From sequence record OR757453.1: a stretch of DNA of 64,000 bases; one strand, given 5' to 3'. Origin of the DNA: Escherichia phage BYEP01. Positions within the stretch are counted from its first letter, which is position 1. Every line of letters begins with the position of its first letter. A program made the position numbers and the translations under genes. Below the pieces are notes generated by a model. That model did not search any database and was not told the DNA's origin. It saw nothing but the letters and a program-made list of their open reading frames with translations. Below, piece by piece: positions 49,114-58,816 of the stretch.

Positions 49114-50053
49114 ATGTACAATATTAAATGCCTGACCAAAAACGAACAAGCTGAAATTGTCAAACTGTATTCAAGTGGTAATTACACCCAACAGGAATTG
49201 GCTGATTGGCAAGGTGTATCGGTGGACACAATCCGTCGTGTTTTGAAAAATGCTGAAGAAGCTGAGCGCTCCAAAGTTACCATTAGCGGTGACATTACAG
49301 TTACAGTTAAGAGCGATGCAGCTATTGCTCCAGTTGCTAAATCTGACATTATTTGGAATGCATCTAAAAAATTCATTTCAATTACTGTTGACGGTGTAAC
49401 TTATAACGCAACTCCTAATACTCATTCAAACTTCCAAGAAATTCTTAATCTGCTTGTTGCAGATAAATTGGAAGAAGCGGCGCAAAAAATTAACGTTCGT
49501 CGCGCTGTTGAAAAATATATTTCCGGTGATGTTCGAATTGAAGGTGGAAGCTTGTTCTATCAAAATATTGAATTGCGGTCTGGTTTAGTTGATCGTATTC
49601 TCGATTCGATGGAAAAAGGTGAAAACTTTGAATTTTATTTTCCGTTCCTGGAAAATCTGTTAGAAAACCCAAGCCAAAAAGCGGTAATCTCGACTCTTTG
49701 ATTTCTTGGTAGCAAACGATATTGAAATTACAGAAGACGGTTACTTCTATGCTTGGAAAGTAGTTCGCAGTAATTACTTTGACTGCCATTCAAATACTTT
49801 TGATAACAGTCCTGGTAAAGTAGTTAAAATGCCACGTACTCGTGTGAATGACGATGATACACAAACTTGTTCTCGTGGTCTGCATGTGTGTTCTAAATCT
49901 TATATTCGTCACTTTGGCAGTTCAACCAGCCGAGTTGTAAAAGTTAAAGTACATCCTCGCGATGTAGTATCAATTCCGATTGATTACAACGATGCTAAAA
50001 TGCGTACCTGCCAATACGAAGTAGTTGAAGACGTTACTGAACAATTCAAATAA
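49114..50053 (+). pseudogene. rIIB: rIIB interrupted by a +1 frameshift (fragments 49114..49701 and 49706..50053)
   Basis: Two adjacent frames together span 940 nt, one more than the 939 nt needed for 312-aa rIIB; junction confined to 49688-49699 with TTT run at 49697-49699. Confidence 0.6.
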
Positions 50054-50067
50054 GGGCTTCGGCCCTT
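50052..50067 (+). other. stem-loop at rIIB 3' end
   Basis: aagggcttcggccctt hairpin without T tract. Confidence 0.35.
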
Positions 50068-50081
50068 AACTAAGGAAAATT

Positions 50082-50276
50082 ATGTTAGGTTATCAAGCAC
50101 GAGTAAAAGAAGAATACGATCAATTAATGCTCAAAATTAATGCACTGAGCAAATTTTTAGAAAGCACAAAGTTTCTAACGATTAATGAAGTCGAGCAAGA
50201 ATTACTGCTTTCACAGTTCATCTCAATGAAATCTTACGCAGATTGTTTAGAGAAAAGAATTGCACAATTCAAATAA
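50082..50276 (+). CDS. hypothetical protein, 64 aa
   Basis: ORF with SD aagga. Confidence 0.5.
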   Translation: MLGYQARVKEEYDQLMLKINALSKFLESTKFLTINEVEQELLLSQFISMKSYADCLEKRIAQFK

Positions 50277-50280
50277 AATA

Positions 50281-50303
50281 AAGGGCTTCGGCCCTTTTGT
50301 TTT
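50281..50303 (+). terminator. rho-independent terminator
   Basis: aagggcttcggccctt hairpin plus TTGTTTT. Confidence 0.6.
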
Positions 50304-50362
50304 AAGGGAAACTATGATTTATTATATTAACATCAGTGATTCCGACGTAAAAGGAAAGTTTA

Positions 50363-50920
50363 ATGCAGAAAACGAATCCGGGTTTACAGAGACTATTTCA
50401 GATTCCGACATTTACCCTATCGAACAGTGACTTGACTAGTGAAATGAAGGTCAAAATTGCTGATACAGCAAGATACTCTTTAAAACAAAATCCAAATCAG
50501 GATAAAGCAGAAGTTATCGAAAGATGCCGTATCGCGGTGTACGCAGAGTTTTTTGTAGCAGATTGGCTAAGCGGGTATGTTAACAAAGGCCAAGAGGATG
50601 TTAATGACCCGTATACATACGCATGGGATGTATTGGCGCATCCAAGATATTGCGGGCTTCGTGTAGAAGTTAAGACACACCAAACTGACTCACGTTGGAT
50701 TTCGGTAACAACCGGATGCAGCGGAGAGTATCCATACGGTTCTGGAATAAATCTAGGGCCCATTCTGAATCACCAAGTCGCTGACTGTATAATTATATTC
50801 AACACTAAAGAAATTCATCCAGGTGTCATCCAGTACACTCCGAAGTTCATCGGTGATAGAGAAGACCTTCGTAAGGTTGTAAGAAAAAGCAACTACAACG
50901 GATGGTATCTTTCCATTTAA
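50363..50920 (+). CDS. denB: endonuclease IV DenB, 185 aa
   Basis: Position after rIIB and length 185 aa as T4 DenB; SD aagga. Confidence 0.7.
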   Translation: MQKTNPGLQRLFQIPTFTLSNSDLTSEMKVKIADTARYSLKQNPNQDKAEVIERCRIAVYAEFFVADWLSGYVNKGQEDVNDPYTYAWDVLAHPRYCGLRVEVKTHQTDSRWISVTTGCSGEYPYGSGINLGPILNHQVADCIIIFNTKEIHPGVIQYTPKFIGDREDLRKVVRKSNYNGWYLSI

Positions 50921-50936
50921 AAATTTTCATAAAACG

Positions 50937-50966
50937 GTTTACATACCACAAGGACTGTGGTACTAT
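50937..50966 (+). promoter_or_regulatory. T4-type early promoter (repeated cassette)
   Basis: gtttac 50937-50942, tactat 50961-50966; leader shared with 22440 region. Confidence 0.5.
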
Positions 50967-51000
50967 ACAACTATCAACTGATACAGATTTGGAGAATAAA

Positions 51001-51207
51001 ATGTTTACTACAGCTGAATTAAAACGAGCAAAAGCTAAGAAAGGGCAAGGAAAATATAAAGCTGAATTAGTCAAAGAACTTCAGTTTGCTGAGGCTGAAT
51101 TGAATTCAATGATTATTCAAAATGCCCCAGAAACTGAAATTGCTCTTAAGCGTATTGCGAATAAGTGTCTTCGTGATGCAATCGTCGATCTTTTAGCGGA
51201 TTATTGA
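51001..51207 (+). CDS. hypothetical protein, 68 aa
   Basis: ATG 51001 with SD ggag; track extension upstream is promoter DNA. Confidence 0.5.
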   Translation: MFTTAELKRAKAKKGQGKYKAELVKELQFAEAELNSMIIQNAPETEIALKRIANKCLRDAIVDLLADY

Positions 51208-51476
51208 GTAAAATGAAATTTAAATTTTATTACGCTAAACATAAAATAACTGATGAGTTTGTGTCAGTTGAATATTCTAGCGATGATGAAGGTATGATTT
51301 ATACTCGCTTGGGACTATCGCATTGGGAGTCTGATACGCCTTATTTTTCAACTCCCGAAGAAATTACACGTTTAGTTAATGGTCATATGAATGACCACTG
51401 GAATGTAATTCTTTCAGATAGTCTTAAAGCGGCTATTAATAGTAATGAAATGAAAATCGCTGAGATTGAACTATGA
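51204..51476 (+). CDS. hypothetical protein, 90 aa
   Basis: ORF with ATGA coupling. Confidence 0.5.
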   Translation: MSKMKFKFYYAKHKITDEFVSVEYSSDDEGMIYTRLGLSHWESDTPYFSTPEEITRLVNGHMNDHWNVILSDSLKAAINSNEMKIAEIEL

Positions 51477-51555
51477 GTTCATTATGGTGGTGTTTTGTTT
51501 GGTTAATTAGTATTCCATTAATTTGTTTAGTATTTACTTTTGTGATGAGGTTATT

Positions 51556-51654
51556 ATGAAAATTTTGAATTCTGTACTTATTGCTTGTGCATGGTGGGTT
51601 GCGCAAGTTTCAGCAGTAGTAGTTGGTATTCACATTTATTACGAATATTTTTAA
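51556..51654 (+). CDS. small membrane peptide, 32 aa
   Basis: Untracked; SD gagg; hydrophobic. Confidence 0.35.
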   Translation: MKILNSVLIACAWWVAQVSAVVVGIHIYYEYF

Positions 51655-51662
51655 AAAAGTTG

Positions 51663-51691
51663 TTTACAAGACTGTTCCTCTGTGGTATTAT
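51663..51691 (+). promoter_or_regulatory. T4-type early promoter (repeated cassette)
   Basis: gtttac 51663-51668, tattat 51686-51691; about 30 bp identical to 22396-22430. Confidence 0.5.
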
Positions 51692-51719
51692 TACCCTATC
51701 AACTACGGAGGAACAGAAA

Positions 51720-51833
51720 ATGAAAAAGATTGTTAAAGCTATATGGAATGTAGTTATAATACTAATAGTTTTGAGTATATTCCCAATCGTTTTAATGATT
51801 GATGTATTAAACGCTTACTTTGGATTTATGTGA
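51720..51833 (+). CDS. small membrane peptide, 37 aa
   Basis: SD ggagg; hydrophobic. Confidence 0.4.
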   Translation: MKKIVKAIWNVVIILIVLSIFPIVLMIDVLNAYFGFM

Positions 51834-51840
51834 GGAAAAT

Positions 51841-52038
51841 ATGAAGCGTAAACGCAGTGCTTTTACATTTATGGAATGGTTTTTCGATAATATTTTTCCA
51901 GCTTTATTCATTTTCATGCTGATTTTCGCCTTGGGTTCAGTTGTGGTTGGAATCTATTTGATGGCAGTTGTCGGAATGGATATTCACCAAAATGGTTTGA
52001 AATCTGTGGTTGAAACAATTTGGAATGGCGTAAAATGA
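51841..52038 (+). CDS. small membrane protein, 65 aa
   Basis: ORF with SD gagga; hydrophobic. Confidence 0.5.
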   Translation: MKRKRSAFTFMEWFFDNIFPALFIFMLIFALGSVVVGIYLMAVVGMDIHQNGLKSVVETIWNGVK

Positions 52039-52145
52039 TGAATTTGCTGAGTGGTTGGTTTTATATTCTTATGTTTTACATTGGCGCAAATTTCCCATAT
52101 TGGATGGGATGGTCAACAACTGCATTTGGATTTTATACTCCTTGA
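52035..52145 (+). CDS. small membrane peptide, 36 aa
   Basis: Untracked; ATGA coupling; hydrophobic. Confidence 0.35.
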   Translation: MMNLLSGWFYILMFYIGANFPYWMGWSTTAFGFYTP

Positions 52146-52153
52146 GGTGAATT

Positions 52154-52369
52154 ATGAAAATCTTTAAAGATGTAAAAGTTGGTGAAATTTTTTGCTTAGA
52201 TAGCGGTGATCAGTTAATTCGTATTTCACCTCTTAAGAGCACTAGCGAGAAAATGACAGTTAATGCTACTTTAGCAAACAATAGCAATGAACGTTTCTGT
52301 ATTGAAAATGATACTGAAACTTATACTGTAGAAGAGTTCTGGGAATTAAGCGTCGACTGCGACGATTAA
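52154..52369 (+). CDS. hypothetical protein, 71 aa
   Basis: ORF with SD gaggtg. Confidence 0.5.
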   Translation: MKIFKDVKVGEIFCLDSGDQLIRISPLKSTSEKMTVNATLANNSNERFCIENDTETYTVEEFWELSVDCDD

Positions 52370-52429
52370 TTTAATGGCCGTGTGTATTCATGCGGCCTTG
52401 GAGTAGAAAATAATTTAGAGGAAATTAAT

Positions 52430-52888
52430 ATGAAATATATGACTGTTACTGATCTGAACAATGCAGGCGCTACCGTTATTGGTACAATCAAGAACGGTGA
52501 ATGGGTTTTTGGAACTCCACATAAAGACATTTTGTCTAACCCTGGATTTTACTTTTTAGTAGGTAAATTAGATGGTCGTCTATTTAGTAATCCATGTGTG
52601 TCTGCACGATTTTATGTAGGTAATCAACGTTCTAAGCAAGGATTCAGCGCAGTTCTAAGTCATATTCGTCAACGTCGGTCTCAGCTTGCGCGTACTATTG
52701 CAAATAACAATGTTCCATACGCGGTATTTTATTTACCTGCTTCTAAGATGAAACCTCTGACGACGGGATTTGGAAAAGGTCAGTTAGCTTTGGCGTTTAC
52801 TCGTAATCATCATTCTGAGTATCAAACGCTTGAAGAAATGAATCGTATGTTGGCTGATAACTTTAAATTTGTTTTGCAGGCATACTAA
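52430..52888 (+). CDS. ndd: nucleoid disruption protein Ndd, 152 aa
   Basis: Protein [21 protein letters not shown]... recognised as T4 Ndd. Confidence 0.85.
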
Positions 52889-52968
52889 TGAGTAATTTCC
52901 ATAACGAACATGTAATGCAGTTTTATCGTAACAATCTTAAAACTAAAGGCGTCTTCGGACGCCAGTGA
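52888..52968 (+). CDS. stp: Stp peptide, 26 aa
   Basis: Translation [26 protein letters not shown] recognised as T4 Stp; TAATG overlap with ndd. Confidence 0.8.
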
Positions 52969-52975
52969 GGAAAAT

Positions 52976-53134
52976 ATGAATATTGCAAAACTATTAGGAG
53001 TTATTTCATTTATTTGTTGGATAGTAGCATGTGTTTTAACTATCTGTATCGATGTTAGCAGTGTGTTTTCACAAGCTTTAGCCCAGGGTATGTGTGCATA
53101 TTTAACATTTGTGTTGTTATCTACCAATGATTAA
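52976..53134 (+). CDS. small membrane protein, 52 aa (possibly ac)
   Basis: Untracked; SD gagg; hydrophobic; position between stp and 52. Confidence 0.4.
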   Translation: MNIAKLLGVISFICWIVACVLTICIDVSSVFSQALAQGMCAYLTFVLLSTND

Positions 53135-53267
53135 GAAAATCTTGGGCTATTCATTAGCCCTTGCTACTTTATTGGTAGCGTTATATTATGGAGTAATGTT
53201 CGGATTAATTCAAGTCGTGCTTTTCATTTCTGATGTTATTATGGCACTACATTCACTAGTATGGTAA
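53127..53267 (+). CDS. small membrane protein, 46 aa
   Basis: Untracked ORF; hydrophobic. Confidence 0.35.
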   Translation: MIKKILGYSLALATLLVALYYGVMFGLIQVVLFISDVIMALHSLVW

Positions 53268-53271
53268 ATTT

Positions 53272-54600
53272 ATGCAACTGAATAATCGCGATTTAAAAAG
53301 TATCATTGATAATGAAGCACTGGCTTATGCTATGTACACGGTTGAAAATCGTGCTATTCCAAATATGATTGATGGATTTAAGCCAGTCCAACGATTTGTT
53401 ATTGCTCGAGCTCTTGATTTGGCGCGAGGAAATAAAGATAAGTTTCACAAACTCGCTTCTATTGCAGGCGGTGTAGCTGACCTTGGATATCATCATGGTG
53501 AAAACTCTGCGCAAGACGCGGGGGCTTTGATGGCTAATACTTGGAATAATAACTTTCCTCTGTTAGATGGTCAAGGAAACTTTGGTTCTCGTACCGTTCA
53601 AAAAGCAGCGGCAAGTCGTTATATTTTTGCTCGTGTAAGTAAAAATTTCTATAACGTATATAAAGATACTGAATATGCTCCGGTACATCAAGATAAAGAA
53701 CACATTCCGCCTGCTTTCTATTTGCCTATTATTCCTACCGTTCTTCTTAATGGTGTTTCCGGTATTGCAACTGGTTATGCAACTTACATTCTTCCTCATA
53801 GTGTTTCTTCTGTCAAGAAAGCTGTACTACAAGCTCTTCAAGGAAAGAAAGTAACTAAACCGAAGGTAGAATTCCCAGAATTTCGTGGTGAAGTCGTTGA
53901 AATTGATGGACAATATGAAATTCGTGGAACATATAAGTTTACTTCACGAACTCAAATGCATATCACTGAGATTCCGTATAAGTATGATCGTGAAACTTAT
54001 GTGAGTAAAATCTTAGACCCACTTGAAGATAAAGGCTTCATTACATGGGATGATGCTTGTGGTGAGCATGGTTTTGGCTTTAAAGTTAAATTCCGTAAAG
54101 AATATTCTTTGAGCGATAATGAAGAAGAACGCCATGCAAAAATTATGAAAGACTTCGGGTTGATTGAGCGTCGTTCCCAGAATATTACCGTTATTAATGA
54201 GAAAGGAAAGCTACAAGTTTACGATAACGTAGTTGATTTAATCAAAGACTTCGTTGAAGTTCGTAAAACTTATGTCCAAAAACGAATTGATAACAAAATC
54301 AAAGAAACTGAGTCAGCTTTTCGTTTAGCCTTTGCCAAGGCACATTTCATTAAGAAAGTAATTTCAGGTGAAATTGTTGTACAGGGTAAAACTCGTAAAG
54401 AACTGACCGAAGAACTTTCTAAAATTGAGATGTATTCTTCTTATGTTGATAAACTAGTCGGTATGAATATTTTTCATATGACTTCTGATGAAGCAAAGAA
54501 ACTTGCTGAAGAAGCTAAAGCTAAGAAAGAAGAAAACGAATATTGGAAAACTACTGATGTAGTTACCGAATACACCAAAGATTTAGAGGAAATCAAATGA
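53272..54600 (+). CDS. 52: DNA topoisomerase II medium subunit gp52 (GyrA-like), 442 aa
   Basis: Protein recognised as T4 gp52; length 442 aa. Confidence 0.9.
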   Translation: MQLNNRDLKSIIDNEALAYAMYTVENRAIPNMIDGFKPVQRFVIARALDLARGNKDKFHKLASIAGGVADLGYHHGENSAQDAGALMANTWNNNFPLLDGQGNFGSRTVQKAAASRYIFARVSKNFYNVYKDTEYAPVHQDKEHIPPAFYLPIIPTVLLNGVSGIATGYATYILPHSVSSVKKAVLQALQGKKVTKPKVEFPEFRGEVVEIDGQYEIRGTYKFTSRTQMHITEIPYKYDRETYVSKILDPLEDKGFITWDDACGEHGFGFKVKFRKEYSLSDNEEERHAKIMKDFGLIERRSQNITVINEKGKLQVYDNVVDLIKDFVEVRKTYVQKRIDNKIKETESAFRLAFAKAHFIKKVISGEIVVQGKTRKELTEELSKIEMYSSYVDKLVGMNIFHMTSDEAKKLAEEAKAKKEENEYWKTTDVVTEYTKDLEEIK

Positions 54601-54746
54601 GTCCATTCATTGGTATTACAAGCGCGGCGTTAGTATCTGGCGGCATTTTACTAGCGGGTTTAGGTGTTGTTCCAGCCGTAGCAGGAGGTCTTCTTGCGTT
54701 CGGCATTCAACGCGTTATCATGACAGTTATCACAGTCATGCAGTAA
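54597..54746 (+). CDS. small membrane peptide, 49 aa
   Basis: Untracked; SD gagga; ATGA overlap with gene 52; Gly/Ala-rich TM. Confidence 0.4.
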   Translation: MSPFIGITSAALVSGGILLAGLGVVPAVAGGLLAFGIQRVIMTVITVMQ

Positions 54747-54751
54747 TTTTA

Positions 54752-54778
54752 GGGAGAGCCTCGGCTCTCCCTTTTTTA
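54752..54778 (+). terminator. rho-independent terminator
   Basis: gggagagcctcggctctccc hairpin plus TTTTTT. Confidence 0.65.
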
Positions 54779-54831
54779 TTTCAAAAATTTTTTCACAAAA
54801 ACTACTGATACAGAATTACGGAGATTAGAAA

Positions 54832-55467
54832 ATGTCTAAAGTAACTTACATCATCAAAGCTTCTAACGATGTTCTGAATGAAAAAACTGCTGCGATTTTA
54901 ATTACCATTGCTAAGAAAGATTTCATTACAGCTGCAGAAGTTCGTGAGGTGCATCCAGATTTAGGTAATGCAGTAGTTAATAGTAATATTGGGGTATTGA
55001 TTAAAAAAGGCCTGGTGGAGAAATCTGGTGATGGATTAATCATTACTGGTGAAGCTCAGGATATTATTTCAAATGCAGCAACTTTATACGCACAGGAAAA
55101 CGCTCCGGAACTGCTGAAAAAACGAGCAACTCGTAAAGCTCGCGAGATTACTTCTGATATGGAAGAAGATAAAGACTTCATGTTAAAACTTTTAGATGAA
55201 AATGGATTTGTTCTTAAAAAGGTTGAAACTTATCGTAGTAACTATCTCGCTATTTTAGAAAAACGCACTCACGGAATTCGTAATTTTGAAATTAACAACA
55301 ATGGAAATATGCGAATTTTTGGATACAAAATGATGGAACATCATATTCAGAAATTTACTGATATCGGAATGTCATGTAAAATCGCTAAAAATGGTAATGT
55401 GTATCTTGACATTAAACGCTCAGCAGAAAACATTGAAGCTGTAATTACTGTAGCATCTGAACTGTGA
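54832..55467 (+). CDS. motA: middle-transcription activator MotA, 211 aa
   Basis: Protein MSKVTYIIKASNDVLNEKTAAILITIAKK... recognised as T4 MotA. Confidence 0.9.
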   Translation: MSKVTYIIKASNDVLNEKTAAILITIAKKDFITAAEVREVHPDLGNAVVNSNIGVLIKKGLVEKSGDGLIITGEAQDIISNAATLYAQENAPELLKKRATRKAREITSDMEEDKDFMLKLLDENGFVLKKVETYRSNYLAILEKRTHGIRNFEINNNGNMRIFGYKMMEHHIQKFTDIGMSCKIAKNGNVYLDIKRSAENIEAVITVASEL

Positions 55468-55477
55468 GGAATAAATA

Positions 55478-55807
55478 ATGAACAAGTTAGAAATTGTTAA
55501 TGAACTTCGTCGTTGTGCAGAACCCACTCAAGAGGGGTGGGACATCTGGTACCATGGAGCTTATCTTGGAACTATCGTAAAGATTAAGACTAGTAAATAC
55601 ATGATTATTCGTGAAAGTAAAGATGCTCCAGTAGGTATTCGCAATAATTTCATGGCAGCGATAAGTTCCTTTACAGATTCAGCTTACGAAATTTACCTTG
55701 CTGATTATAAAGAATTCCAGGAATCTCAACCGGTTATTCGCTCAATTGGTGTTAACAAAGCTCAACAGAAAACTTTGTGGCAACGTATTAAAGGATGGTT
55801 TAAATGA
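55478..55807 (+). CDS. hypothetical protein, 109 aa
   Basis: ORF with ATG. Confidence 0.55.
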   Translation: MNKLEIVNELRRCAEPTQEGWDIWYHGAYLGTIVKIKTSKYMIIRESKDAPVGIRNNFMAAISSFTDSAYEIYLADYKEFQESQPVIRSIGVNKAQQKTLWQRIKGWFK

Positions 55808-56265
55808 ACCCATTTATTAATCGTTTAAAAATGCTGAATGTTCCTTTATCTCGTGAAACTCCAGAAAGTCTTGTTGAAAAATTTAAAGCGCATGGTTATA
55901 AATGCACAGAAGAAGATATTCTAAAAGAAGTTCCTGAAATCTGTTGGCAGTCTGCATACTGGGATGAAAACCAAAAGTATCAACGACGAATTGTTTGTGC
56001 AGCCAACCGTTTTAAATTAAAAGATGGACGAACTCTTGTTATTCCAGGTGCTCGTCATTATTCTAAAGATATGGCAGCAGTTTTAGATGTAGTTAAACCA
56101 CAATTAGTTACTCAACAAGTTTGTGATGATGACCAAGGGTTTATTGACCAATATAGTAATTATTGGACACGTGAAGAAGCAATGATTATTGCAACTTACG
56201 CTGGACAAGTACGTATTGAACGTGGTGGTAGTGAAAAAGAACTTTACTCTGAGGACCTTTACTAA
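55804..56265 (+). CDS. hypothetical protein, 153 aa
   Basis: ORF with ATGA coupling. Confidence 0.55.
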   Translation: MNPFINRLKMLNVPLSRETPESLVEKFKAHGYKCTEEDILKEVPEICWQSAYWDENQKYQRRIVCAANRFKLKDGRTLVIPGARHYSKDMAAVLDVVKPQLVTQQVCDDDQGFIDQYSNYWTREEAMIIATYAGQVRIERGGSEKELYSEDLY

Positions 56266-56561
56266 TGAATATTAAAAAGTTTCAAATTGATGGAATTACG
56301 AATCAAATTAAGGCATTGGAATATGCTAATAAAATGATGTCAACTAATTGGGGAATTTATACCAATGAGCCGGGATTTAAGTTCTGCGATATGGAATTCG
56401 CCAAAAAGCTTGTAGGAAAAGATTATGTATGCCCATTTAGTTCTCCGGTAAATGGAATGCTAAAACCTGCTCTACGCGATCTTTATATTGCGATGAACGA
56501 AGAGATGATAAAAGAGCTAAAACGTCAACTGAAGGTGATTCAATTTGGCCAGGGAAATTAA
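56265..56561 (+). CDS. hypothetical protein, 98 aa
   Basis: ORF with ATG. Confidence 0.5.
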   Translation: MNIKKFQIDGITNQIKALEYANKMMSTNWGIYTNEPGFKFCDMEFAKKLVGKDYVCPFSSPVNGMLKPALRDLYIAMNEEMIKELKRQLKVIQFGQGN

Positions 56562-56763
56562 TTCAAAATCCGATTATTTTAATTCTCTCAATGATAAAGA
56601 TAAAAATCTAATACGGCATTTTATCGTTGAGATGGGATATACTGATACACGTGATTTAAGAGAACATATATTTGAATGTGGTGTAGCTAAAAAGTTTTCA
56701 TTCACATGCAAATGTTTAAGAGAGGTAATTCAGCACTATGAACAATTTAGTCGCAAAACATAA
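56545..56763 (+). CDS. hypothetical protein, 72 aa (TTG start, uncertain)
   Basis: ORF without ATG start. Confidence 0.3.
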   Translation: MAREINSKSDYFNSLNDKDKNLIRHFIVEMGYTDTRDLREHIFECGVAKKFSFTCKCLREVIQHYEQFSRKT

Positions 56764-56846
56764 TTTTAATAAAGCTTCTGTTCATAAAGATAAGAAGAAA
56801 GCGTTTAAAGAATCTAATCGCAAACAGAAACATAAGGGGAAGGTCT

Positions 56847-57125
56847 ATGATTATTGATTCTCAATCTGTGGTTCAATACACAATCAAAATTGATATTCTA
56901 GAAAAGCTATATAAGTTTCTACCAAATTTATACCACTCAATTGTCAATGAATTAGTTGAAGAACTACATCTTGAGAATAATGATTTCTTGATTGGAACTT
57001 ATAAAGACCTCTCAAAAGCAGGATATTTTTACGTAATTCCAGCTCCAGGAAAAAGTATTGATGATGTATTAAAAACTATAATGATTTATGTCCATGATTA
57101 TGAAATTGAAGATTATTTCGAATGA
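56847..57125 (+). CDS. arn: anti-restriction nuclease Arn-like acidic protein, 92 aa
   Basis: Length 92 aa, acidic, adjacent to asiA as in T4. Confidence 0.5.
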   Translation: MIIDSQSVVQYTIKIDILEKLYKFLPNLYHSIVNELVEELHLENNDFLIGTYKDLSKAGYFYVIPAPGKSIDDVLKTIMIYVHDYEIEDYFE

Positions 57126-57274
57126 GTCATAATCTTGAAAAGGTAATCGAGCATAATGTAGCTCAGGAACGTGAGTCGTTCAAAGAATTCGTAGAAAAAA
57201 TTTTTGAAGAAAATAACACAGACCAGTTTACAAATCAAGCGTCTGATGATATTATAATAAAGTCAACTAATTGA
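57122..57274 (+). CDS. hypothetical protein, 50 aa
   Basis: Untracked ORF with ATGA coupling; contains early promoter for asiA. Confidence 0.35.
   Translation: MSHNLEKVIEHNVAQERESFKEFVEKIFEENNTDQFTNQASDDIIIKSTN
57226..57255 (+). promoter_or_regulatory. T4-type early promoter upstream of asiA
   Basis: gtttac 57226-57231, tattat 57250-57255. Confidence 0.45.
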
Positions 57275-57286
57275 GTGGTATAGTTA

Positions 57287-57559
57287 ATGAATAAAAACAT
57301 TGATACAGTTCGTGAAATTATTACTGTTGCGTCTATTTTGATTAAATTTTCCAGAGAAGATATTGTTGAAAATCGTGCTAATTTTATTGCATTTCTGAAT
57401 GAGATTGGAGTAACGCATGAAGGTAGAAAATTAAATCAGAATTCATTCCGTAAAATTGTTTCTGAATTAACTCAAGAAGATAAGAAAACCCTCATCGACG
57501 AATTCAACGAGGGTTTTGAGGGTGTATATCGATATCTAGAGATGTATACGAACAAATAA
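57287..57559 (+). CDS. asiA: anti-sigma-70 factor AsiA, 90 aa
   Basis: Protein MNKNIDTVREIITVASILIKFSREDIV... recognised as T4 AsiA. Confidence 0.95.
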   Translation: MNKNIDTVREIITVASILIKFSREDIVENRANFIAFLNEIGVTHEGRKLNQNSFRKIVSELTQEDKKTLIDEFNEGFEGVYRYLEMYTNK

Positions 57560-58216
57560 TTATTTAGCCCTTCCTAATATTCTGGCCGCCTGAGCACATA
57601 TTGATTCAAGGCGGTCATTACTTATATGATCATTTCTATACCAGTACATGGTTATTGTTCCAGCATAGATATTATCCAAATTGAAATATGGACAACTGTA
57701 CATGTAATTTATTTCGGGAGTAGGCTTTTTGGTTGGTAAAAAAGCAAATTTTGAGTTGGAATAATAATGACGTCCATTTAAATGAACTGCATATTCATCC
57801 ATAGTTTTATCAACAGGATATCCTCCAAGTGATTTTTCACTTATTGTTGAAGGTAATCTTCCTTCGTATGCTATAATATCAACAAAATAGTTTAAGTTTT
57901 TAGGGCGGAAAGAATACACCGCACTAAAGTCTGCCTCAGATGATATATGAACTATCTGGAGTTGTTCCAGGGCGACAGATTCAAAGCGTGCATTTCTTTC
58001 CTTTTCAATAATTTCACTGTATGTTTCATACTTTGATTGCTTATAGTACTCAAAGAAACTATCTCCCCTATACCAAACAATCGCCATCATAAACAAAAGA
58101 ATTACGACAGCTACCCGGGAAGCAAGAACTTTCCCGGTAGCGTTATCTTTGAACACGCGATCTAGAACACCCAACAGAATATCAGAGGGCGAAAATGATA
58201 TTCTAGGTGCTGCCAT
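57560..58216 (-). CDS. t: holin T, 218 aa
   Basis: N-terminal TM segment plus large periplasmic domain; length 218 aa; late promoter upstream. Confidence 0.9.
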   Translation of the reverse strand: MAAPRISFSPSDILLGVLDRVFKDNATGKVLASRVAVVILLFMMAIVWYRGDSFFEYYKQSKYETYSEIIEKERNARFESVALEQLQIVHISSEADFSAVYSFRPKNLNYFVDIIAYEGRLPSTISEKSLGGYPVDKTMDEYAVHLNGRHYYSNSKFAFLPTKKPTPEINYMYSCPYFNLDNIYAGTITMYWYRNDHISNDRLESICAQAARILGRAK

Positions 58217-58234
58217 AGACCCTCCTTTTTAAGA

Positions 58235-58242
58235 TATTTATA
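58235..58242 (-). promoter_or_regulatory. late promoter TATAAATA for t
   Basis: Plus-strand tatttata; SD aggagg between promoter and ATG. Confidence 0.6.
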
Positions 58243-58789
58243 CGTAATGCTTGAATAAACGCTTATACCAAGGCTTCCGTTCTTTTTCAGGCCATGCAGG
58301 GAATTCACCACCTAAATGCTCATGCTTTTCTAAAAGAGCAAAGAACCGTTTAAGGTTTTGATAATAGAATTTTTCCTTTTTATTTGCAGCTGAAGCTTCG
58401 ATCATATTACTCAATACTTGGAATTCTTTATATAATTCTTCAATTTTTCTATTACGAATTAAAACCCGTTTATATGTTTCATCTTCTTTCCAACCATCAT
58501 CAGTCCATATATCAAATTCGCCAGGCTCATCAAAAGTTATACCAACTGGGCTTCCAATGTCATTTATAAAAATTTCTTCTTTATTAAAAGTCCATGCCCG
58601 TTTGCCGCGATGGTCTTCTTCATAAACCCAATCCTGAATACGTTCATCAAATACAACTGCGTATCCTTCTTTAGGTTCTAAAGGTTTTTTAACTGTTGAA
58701 TGAGCAGGAAGACCGAGACCTTTAACCGGTTTGTAATTTTCTTCTTTGTAAAATTCTTTAGTGTCAAAATAATAATGATAGATTTTCAT
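58238..58789 (-). CDS. 38: tail fiber assembly protein gp38 (T4-type), 183 aa
   Basis: Protein MKIYHYYFDTKEFYKEENYKPVKGLGLP... recognised as T4 gp38. Confidence 0.9.
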   Translation of the reverse strand: MKIYHYYFDTKEFYKEENYKPVKGLGLPAHSTVKKPLEPKEGYAVVFDERIQDWVYEEDHRGKRAWTFNKEEIFINDIGSPVGITFDEPGEFDIWTDDGWKEDETYKRVLIRNRKIEELYKEFQVLSNMIEASAANKKEKFYYQNLKRFFALLEKHEHLGGEFPAWPEKERKPWYKRLFKHYV

Positions 58790-58816
58790 ATTTAGAAGGG
58801 GCCGAAGCCCCTCTCC

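Noticed and set aside
50902-51000. N-terminal extensions of track ORFs 50902..51207 and 51585..51833
   Set aside because: Same reason: they run through early promoter cassettes; starts reassigned to 51001 and 51720.
57557-57562. Abutting convergent stop codons of asiA and t with no intergenic spacer
   Set aside because: Looks unusual but matches the known adjacent, convergent arrangement of asiA and t in T4; not novel.
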